A stretch of 64,000 bases of DNA from Trichoplax sp. H2 (lineage: Eukaryota), in NCBI GenBank assembly GCA_003344405.1, contig NOWV01000118.1:1-64000 (forward strand). The letters run 5' to 3'. Below, piece after piece: positions 54,494-64,000 of this stretch; positions within the stretch are counted from its first letter, which is position 1; every line of letters begins with the position of its first letter. A program made the translations under genes and the position numbers. Under the pieces are notes generated by a model. It did no database searches. It saw only the letters and a program-made list of their open reading frames with translations, and was not told where the DNA came from.

Positions 54494-57400
54494 ATGGATA
54501 ACCTACTCCATCAAGATACAGAAGAGGTCGAGACTGTGCTCACCAACAGAAATGAGCATGGTGATCTATTAGTTTTTGGTAGCGTCACTAGGTATAGTCA
54601 TCTTGAACGGAATATTGATGATGCAATTCATGCTGCATTCTTATGTTATTATCCTTGATTACTGACGACACCGTGTCGTAAGATGGATATCTTGTAAACA
54701 ACTATGGGTTAGATTGAATATCTTGCTCAATTAGGTATCATTTTAAATCCAATGACTTTATTGTCGTATACGGTATAGGCGCTGTACGATCAAATTGATC
54801 ACCGGTAATACAGCAGTTCATTTTAACCCAATGGATAGCGTTAAAACACGCTATGGTAAATTTATTTATGGCGGTAAAACAATATTGCAACGGCAAAAAA
54901 AGAGCCTTAAATTACCACTGGACAATACATTGCTTAATATCCAGTAGTCTTGAATAACCAGTCATTCCTATCTCCAGCTACTTTAGTGATAGCTCAATAC
55001 TTTCCTAATCGATTGACTCATTTTGTCTCTGCTTATACTACGATAAATTGAAATCGCCATTTTAAAATAAATCTACAATACAACAGCCAAGAGAATTGTT
55101 CAATTTACTGTCATCTTCGATGCATACAACCTGAGGATATTGAATATTTTGCTACAGATTAATCATTTTTTCTTACAATTCATAGGGATTTGTTAATACT
55201 CTTTGACGATTTCAGCCATGGAAGTCAACAAATTTATAGAGATGACATTAAAAAAGCCTTCAATTCTATCCAGTTATATCCTTCTACAGCTCAAGGTGCA
55301 GTTTTACCTTTTTCAATGTGCATGAATTGATATTGTTCGCGATAACTTATTTTTTGCTAGTCAATACTGCAATTAAATTACATCAAATATGGCATATGTT
55401 GGCGTTGACTCATTTTACCATCGCTATGGCAGGCAGTAATATTATAATCATACTGTACGCGTGTATCAATGTAGCTTTAACAGCTGCATACTCTGCAACC
55501 AGATTGATAACTATTCGTGTAATTGTTTCAAATCGAAAGCAAATTCTCGAGAAAGATGATCAAAACGCGCTCAGATATCAAAATTACAGTAGTATAATCG
55601 CCTTTCATGAAATTCCTGGAATAGTGTAGCTATCAATGCTATGAAATACTCTAATTTTTAAATTATGAATTCATAATAACTACCTAAAGATAACTCATGT
55701 TTTTTCTACCGCAAAGTACAAATATCGGTTACAAAAAATCTTACGATACGACAGTTTTACCTACTGTTTCTTTGGTATTATGAAGATTCCACACTAAATG
55801 ACTTCAAGTTACATCGATATTCTACCATTACTAAAAAAATGAAACTATAATTGATTGCTTTGTACAATGTGACGAGAATGCGGTAGCATTTAATAATGGA
55901 AACATAAATGATGTAGCAAATTTTATGTACTCCCCTTACTTTAACCTACAATGTTATGATGCAGAAATTATAGTCAGTGATATTGCTTTAGAACAAAATT
56001 TTACCGTTAAATAGTAATCTTAGAATTACTTTTAATTTCTTACTAACGGACTTTGTTCATTAAATTGCGTAGTTGAAGAGATGTTATTGTCTGCTCATGA
56101 ATGTTGCCAGAATACCGATCTTAATAGTTTAACATTTGGTCAGTTTGCATTTTTTGCATCCTTACTGAAGAAAGAATATCAGGAAAGAAAGTTAGTCAAT
56201 TTGTACACTCACTTATTAATATAAATTCTCTTATATTTTCATATCTGTATACTTTAGTAATTTATCTATTTCTAATTGATAGTTCCCATTTATTTTACAG
56301 CACTATAATTTAAACTTTTGATTAAATATATCGGAACTATCTGAATTGGTAATTAATACTGTATCAATTTGGATAGTTCCGATATTATTTATTTTCCGGT
56401 ATTAGCCATAAGATGCTATAGTGTATATATATATATAGAATAAACATTATATCGTAATTGCATTCGAATATACTCCTATATTACAATATTCGTCGAAACT
56501 GCACTAGATAAAATCACAGGATATTCGGTTTATATATAAACTTTAGCTTTTCTGCTCGTTATTGTAGTATAACATTTGCTAATAAAGAAGGAAGCTTAAT
56601 TGTAAATCGAAAGCATAGCCCAAGAACAAGTAAGACTGCATTACCTGTGATCGTCAATCGTAGTATACTCGAGTCTAGGATACAAATCTTGCCATCAGCA
56701 CTTTTTGCTTTAGTAATTATTTTTAATGATGTTATTTCACTTTTAGATCACCCGAATGTTCAAGGTACCATAATGATGCTAATTTATCAAGACTGCATAC
56801 TGTACTAATTATTATCCATTTAATACTATAATGTAACAATGCACAACCTTATGTTGTATCCTTTATGGATATTATTGGAGTAGTGTTTCTTGGGGGAGCA
56901 TGCAACCCAACGACATGGAGGAAAGAAATTGCTATACCAATACTTAAAGATCATTGTATTACTTACTTTAACCCGGTAGGTCTTTCATTTTTATAATATC
57001 TTGCAATGTATGTTGTGCTATTGTAAAAGTTTATAAGCCATCGAGTTTTATTTTAAAATAATTACTCTTTCCTCTATTCCTTTGCCATGATACCGAGTAG
57101 CAAGTTGAAGAATGGTTTCCGGCATTGATAGAAGTAGAAGAACAAGCAAAACAGGTTCTTACTCACAGTCAATAACTAATTGAGGCAATTTTAATAACTC
57201 TTACTACTAGCAATTATCAATACACTTTATTCTGTAGATGATTAATACTTCAAGGATCTATTTTACATATTAATCTATATCTTGATTACATTTTTGGTAT
57301 AGACTGCAGAATTACTTCTCTTTGTAATTGAGGAATCGACAAGAGGGTTGTCTTCAATGGTGGAAGCAGCTTATGTAGCCGGTAAAATTGTATTTGCTTG

Positions 57401-59483
57401 CTTTATGTCGTCTCAGTGTAATTTTATTAAAATCAGTATTGCTAGCCTGATAAATTTATATTGTATTTTTATGTTTGTCATTTCCAGGCAGTGGTGGGCC
57501 GCTCATATTAGTTCTTAGAGAATTGCCTGAAACCGAAACAGCCATAGCTGGCGAGACACTTTCAGCTAGGTGATTATTTTTAGGACTTTTATTAACTTTA
57601 GAGTGATGCTATTTACTTATACGGGACACACACTTCAATAGTGAGAAGGAAGACCTTAATCGTGGTCGAAAATTTTTGAGAGATACGGTTGAAAGAGTGG
57701 ATATTCCAGTATTTACTGATATAGAAACTGCAATTCACTGTTGTGCTAAGGTTATGAATAAAAATTAATTATCAAAACTTACTATATATAATTATATATA
57801 AAGATGTAAGGCTAATTGGAATAGATACTTTGTTAACATATATGTCAAAGTTATTTCCAATTTGGTAACTAAACAGCGACGCTTCTTATTCAGGTTATTA
57901 AAGTTGGAACCAAGATTACCAACTTAACGACCGATGATGGCGCTCAGCCAGTTAGACTCGCGGATATATCTGTAGATGATAGTTTTATGTAAGTCACCTT
58001 ATATAACTCTTGAGTTACGAAGTATGATTGTTATGATTAGTGAGCCCCCAAATTTATCATTAAAAGTGATGGGTTGGATTTGTTATACTTTACTTTACTT
58101 TTTCATTAGAGCTGCCAAGGAAAAATATGATGACTACAATTCTGGTGGTTCGGGAAAGTTAACACTTAATGAGGTCGGTATTACGCTGATGAACTGAAAC
58201 CGTGAAATACCTCTTCCTAATTTAAAATATTTAAATTTTAGGTTGCTCTAGCCTACAAAGCTTTTAGTGGAAAGGCGTTATCGCAGGATAATGTAGAAAT
58301 GTTGTCGGGCTTGTATGAAAGCGATCCTTCTAAGATTAGAATGTCGTTCGAAGAATTTTGCTGCTTACTAACAGAAATGCTTTCAGACGTAATAATATAT
58401 ATTTTATTTAGATGTAAAAATTTTTAATCTAAGTCGCTAACTTTGAATTGTGTCTATGTCTAACTCGGGACATTTTGGATTATACAGCAACCGCAGTTAA
58501 ATTATCTGAATTCTCTATTTAATATTGTTAGCGGCACAACTACAAATTTTATAAGTAAGATCGATATTTGTACAACATGTGCTCTGTAGAGCATTTGCTT
58601 TAACTTTGTCGTATTGTCTTTCAAATGACTTACAAAGAGGATGATCTGTTTAGATTGGTTGTTTAATGGTGGTCCAGACATTTTACATGAAAAGGATGAA
58701 TCGGTTTTCGAACGCGATATATTTCTTGGTGGCAGCTGTGGTCGATCAACATGGAGAGAAGATGTAGCTATTCCGTTGCTAAAGTAAATCTACCGTGAAT
58801 TTTGTAATTTGTAGGCATGTATCTTATTGTTTTGATAGTCGATTATGAGAATTTTTATCGTCTTTTATGAATTTTTTACAGGAAACAGGCAATTTCCTAT
58901 TTTAATCCGCAATTACCTGACTGGTCGATGAAATTTCTTGGTATTGAGGCTGAAGCAAAAAAACATTCGAGACTTTTGCTATACTTTATCGGGAATGAGA
59001 GTCGATGTGTTGCGTCGATGGTTGAGGTAGCCGAAAAGTTTGAAATTTTAACAAGCCTTATGTTTGTGCAGTATGAGAGTAACGTGTTGTGACAATTATT
59101 GTATTGTTTTATTAGATCGCTTACTATATCGGCTTGGGTAGGAATGTTGTTCTCTGTATTCAAAATTTTACCGACGGAAACCTTCTAGATGGAGTTACAG
59201 TGCGTAAAATAATGTATTGAATATCTAGTAACAGAACAAAAATTTTTGAATGCAACAAGTATTTTCTTATGTAGTACGAGTACACATTTAGGTGCTAGGT
59301 AAATGATATATCTGACTTAATTTCTAGGTTACTGGTAGAAGTTTACTTGACTACAACCGAGCAAGGAGTTATTTATCAGATATTGCAAATCGTGCATCGA
59401 TCCCTGTGTTCGATGATATTACTGAGGCTATTATGAGTGCAATTCAAGAAATCAAATTATCAAGCCGAGAAAGCGAGACCTAA
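54494..59483 (+). CDS. raw: Raw/OLRN-1 family protein: 2 x (EF-hand-like pair + nucleoside 2-deoxyribosyltransferase-like domain), ~20 exons
   Basis: Repeat 1: VFLGGACNPTTWRKEIAIPILKDHCITYFNP|QVEEW...LLFVIEESTRGLSSMVEAAY...DLNRGRKFLRD...IPVFTDI (56884-57750). Repeat 2: DIFLGGSCGRSTWREDVAIPLLKKQAISYFNPQLPDW...ESRCVASMVEIAYYIGLGRNVVLC...DYNRARSYLSD...IPVFDDI (58715-59430). EF-hand-like segments at 55186-56190 and 58110-58388. Stop at 59481-59483. Confidence 0.88.
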
Positions 59484-61241
59484 TTTATAAAAAGTTTTTT
59501 AGACGGTACTAAAAGTAAAATGAAAATTCTTTTAATAACAGGACGAAATGATAATAATTTGAGCATATTAATTTTATCCCTATATAACTTACGATGTACA
59601 ACTTGCAATTAACTGGTATGTTTCCGCAGTGTCTTCTGATTGTCTGTTGTCGTTGGTAGGAAAGACCAATCAAAATTTTCGTGTTGATTGAATATAATCG
59701 GTGTTAATAGAAATAATATTATAGTCTATTTCAGCACGTATAGTACATACTTGCTTATACTACTAATATATCGTGTACAGTAATATACGCATTAACAAGG
59801 TAAGATTTGAAGCCCTCTTTAAGCTGTTAACGTGTTGAGTTCAGTAAAAATCAACTCCAATACTACTATATTAACAATGATTATGATTATAAGGACTGTA
59901 CTACTATTTTTATGACACATTTTTATAACTTTAGTTAATTCCTTATTATCTGACTATAAGTATCGTTCAATCAGTATCAAGTATTATTCATGGAATTGGC
60001 TGTAATTTCAAAATTGCTTCTATAAGTATATAATATAGTTATCTGCAATGTACTTATTAATGTGTTTAAGGAATGTACATTACACCGACTTAAACTTGCC
60101 TTTTGTACGCGTAGCGGAAATACTAGCTTTCATAAGTTGTATCCCAAAGAATCTAGCCAAGTATCGAATGTTTAGTAATTGCAGTCTACTCAATAAGGAT
60201 GCTTGTCACTATAGTATATTCAATCATTAATCATTCACTCTCATAAAACTGATAGATTTAAAGTAAATGAAGTTAACCTTATGTTGAATATTCATTGTGG
60301 TGCAATTTTAATTCATAGTAAATTACTATCATTCCGTCTGTTGCACGCAAAATGATAGGCTCGTATCATGAATTTAATGTGGCCTGCCTCACTTTTGCAA
60401 TAGCCTGGTGCTAAATTAGGATGACGTTTCTTGATGCAAACAATTAGCGCTCAATAAGTACTGTACATAATCTAACGTGATTTATTTTATTTGTGATACA
60501 ATTATTTTTTATAGGTCATCCAGACCTATCTTTCCAATTGTAATTATTAAGAAAGCATACCACTTTGATTTTTTACGAAAGTTAATTTTTAACCTGTGAA
60601 ATTACCTAGTTACGGTGTATAGTAAAATAACAGGATTATCACAGCTTGTCGAGTGTAAGTGTGCGAATAAATTTAAATTTACAGGAGTCACCAATTGGAT
60701 AATATAGTAAACGAAATACTACAGTAGTAACAACACTGTTGCATAATAAGATGCTTCGAGCATAGCAGTAACAGATAAATACTTTACATCTAAATGATAC
60801 TATTAATAAAGTATTATAATTTAATTACATGATAAAGGGAAATTGTACAACAGCTAGTACATACCAGAATCTAGAGTAACAACAGCTTTAAAAAAATGCT
60901 GCAGCTACATGTACTGTATATTCTTTAGTGCAGCATCGTATCCATTCATTACCACCGATTGATTGATTGAATCAAAAAAACTCTATTGACTAATGCATTA
61001 AAAGTTACTGTATATGCACATATGGATTTTTTCGGTCGTTAAAACATTTACTGCATTGCTTTACCCTTACAATTGGTAAATTACAAAATTTTTTTTAAAA
61101 ATATCAAGTACTGCTAAAACAAGAATAACTAATTAAAGACTTTAGCACAATAGAGAGACCGTAGAACTTTATGAGACACAGAATCTCCATGTTCCATATA
61201 ATATCAATTGACTTGAGTCGTAAAGTTAAAGCCTTTCAAAG

Positions 61242-62778
61242 CTATTGATTAAGGTTAGAAGTATTTTCTTCATTGCAGTTGTTGTTTAATTCATTCTGGA
61301 TTACCGAAGATTGGTAAGTGGGTGGTTCTTGAGGTATGCGAGGTGGAAGTACACGTTGACTTGGTCGAACAGAATTCATGTCAGTGTGATTGTGTGCGGT
61401 AATAAATCTCACCGCTAAAGCACTGGAGTCAGTTGTGATACTAGGCTCACTTGTACCATCGCTATCATTGTTGTTGGGCTCTGCTTCATTGGATGTATCA
61501 TTAGAAACGCCAGGTGATGTTGCAGTCAAGTTATCAACATTGCCATCATCAGGCACTACTATTCCAACTTCATCAGCTATTGGATCATAAAAGAGAAGAT
61601 AACTACAGTTCAAGGATTACGATGTTATAACAAAATATATCATTAACACCCAAATTATTTCAAGATTAATATTGTTTACTTTTAAATTATACATGCGAAA
61701 AAAGAGGCTTTATTGCTAAGCCTTTTAGTACCAAGAGATGATCTATCCTACTCGGTTTCAGCCATGTGTACTGCATAAAACTACGCACCTTAGGTATGCT
61801 TTAAAAATTTAGTTACCTTCAATCAAATTTTGAGTACTAGCAGAGCGATTTCTATTTGAAATGTTTCCCTCTGAGCCCTTCGAGTCCATACAGCACTTCT
61901 TACGGACGTAGACTAATACACCAACGATGATTGACATAGAAATGGCTGCGCATATTATTACAATAGCAGTTACACTGGAATCGCCTTTGAATAAAGATAG
62001 AAGAAAAGTGTTTTAGCATCCATTAGAATATTGACACACAAATGCGCAGATACTGATTCTATTATGTTATAAATTAATTTATAAACGTGGTTATCACATT
62101 GCAAGTAAACTATTTCAACTGGAATTATTGTCGGATCTTTTAGACTTTTGATTTTTGCATGACACGGTAAAAATACTTTTTTTTTCAAGACTACATTCTC
62201 CTATGATTTGTGTACCGTATGCAGTTACTACAGAATGGAACATCGATACGGTAATTTCTTATATTAGAGCAGTTGCTTACCAAGATCATCACCATCGCGT
62301 CGAGCTATGGTCAAAAATAAAATATGTATTAGTATTTTCTTGTATGATGAGAATCATAGTATCTCATTCATGATGAATAGATATCGCTATTTCCTCTTCG
62401 GCAATGCATTGACTCAACGTACTATAGTACAGTATTGGCAAAGGTCTTTTGTAAATTTGTTGACGGAATACTTTAACAATGTTTAGGATGAAAAGTAACG
62501 GATAGCTTTTGTATCTACTGTACTGTACAGTACAGCTACAGTGAATAATATCATTACAGGAGCAAATATAGCTTCATCAGAAAGACACGCTAAATTACAG
62601 TAATAGATGAATCATTAATTATTACAGCGATTAATATTCAATTAGAAACATATTATTGAATGCTGTACTTACAGCGAGGAAGAGCTTTATATTTGGCCAT
62701 AGCACAAGGCAATAAGGAGGCAAGGCAAGCTGCGTATATTGATAAGAAGTAAGAATTATACATATTGCCTATGTCCAT
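61242..62778 (-). CDS. Single-pass membrane protein with cytoplasmic PPxY motif; 5' exons uncertain
   Basis: TM exon 61817-61984 (DSSVTAIVIICAAISMSIIVGVLVYVRKKCCMD...) splices in phase to the last exon 61242-61576 (...PQEPPTYQSS...). Micro-exon at ~62281-62304 (RRDGDDL). Candidate signal-peptide exon at 62673-62778. Confidence 0.6.
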
Positions 62779-64000
62779 TTGATGCAAAGAAGCCTACAAA
62801 GTGGCGGAATCCAAATGGAAACTACAACTCTACAATGTGCTCGATGACGTTGAATTATGAATGGATGATACTACCCAAGATTGATTCATGTCTGAAATTA
62901 AATATACTTGTACTTGTACTCGTAGGCATGTTGTCTGCTAACGACTTGAGCTCTCCATTGATCATGATCATTTGAGCGAGCGTCAGCAATCGCTATTGGC
63001 TAGCTAGTGCAAGGATTGCTTTCAAGGAGAATACAGACAGTATGCACTATCTTGGCTGATGTTTTACCTTTCCATTGGAGATGGTTCATCTTAGGATAGA
63101 GTCGTAACAATATTTGCTAGTATTAAAAGGACAAACCCATCCGCTGCAAGATCGACTGTTGTTGAAGTGCTTTTCCCTTAATCGTTGGCAAAACCAACTC
63201 ATTCCCATCACTACTATACGGTGTCCAGAACAGTCCGACCTGGCACTATCCTGTACTGCGCTGCAAGTGGAGAGAGTGCGCAAAATCGGTACGACTTACC
63301 GACTGGTACCGGCGCTAGTCTACTGCGATACTGTTCATTGGTCAAGCGTCCCATTGACTCGTCCACTACCAATGTTAACCTACTGTATGATGCGCGATAG
63401 TAGCCGTTGATAGGCAATCTTGGCCGCTTTGTTTTCATGTCTAAATATTTTTTTTTTTTTTGCATGACAGGCTGATCACTGAAGATTTTCTATTTACTTA
63501 TCACAATATCTTCCGTTAGGAAGATGGCAAGCAAGTTCAATATGTACTCCATTGATATTTACAGGTAGGGTTGTGCTGTCGTTGGAGTAGGCCAAGTAGT
63601 GCGTGTCTCTTGTTTCTTTCTACAAGTGCTACAGTATCCATATCCATTCAAGGTTACAAGGATGGCCGAATAGGCGTTTTTCTTGTAAATTGATCAATTG
63701 TCTGCATACTTGATCAAATTGCCGTAAAAAAGAAATACCGTGTGCTGTTGTAACCATGATAATCATGTGCAATGCAGTCTGTATCATTACTGAATTGGCT
63801 TTTGCTACGTGATTCTTGTAACAATAGTTTAATCAAGGCGTAGACTGGATTATCATTCTCATTCTTCTTCTTTTTTCTATTTCTGTACTCGTACTGGATA
63901 TCGTTTCTGCCGTTCAATCAATGCAATCGGTTTAAATCATCGGTTTAATGATGTTATGATGATTGGATGAAAATCATTTAAACTGCTCCTCTTGTGCACT

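Noticed and set aside
63086-63465. Overlapping ORFs in a GC-richer patch
   Set aside because: No homology cues or splice support; more likely the promoter/5' region of the PPxY membrane gene.

Overview
AT-rich, intron-containing animal genomic DNA. The short GT-AG introns, tandem intronless rhodopsin-class GPCRs and general style suggest a placozoan (Trichoplax-like) genome; this is inference, not proven. The left part (1-36 kb) is repeat-rich. It holds part of a minus-strand adhesion-GPCR-like gene (Ser-rich stalk, GAIN, start of GPS motif), two paralogous intronless GPCRs, a mariner transposase relic, three unrelated TGT...ACA solo-LTR-like insertions with 5-bp target-site duplications, a foldback-like repeat and two tandem arrays. 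The right part (37-64 kb) is gene-dense: DPP7 (-) head-to-head with PSMD5 (+); a Roquin-like gene (-) that appears to lack the CCCH finger, head-to-head with a raw/olrn-1 homologue (+) built as 2x(EF-hand-like + NDT-like); and a single-pass PPxY membrane protein (-). All exon structures were read by eye, so boundaries may be off by a few bases.
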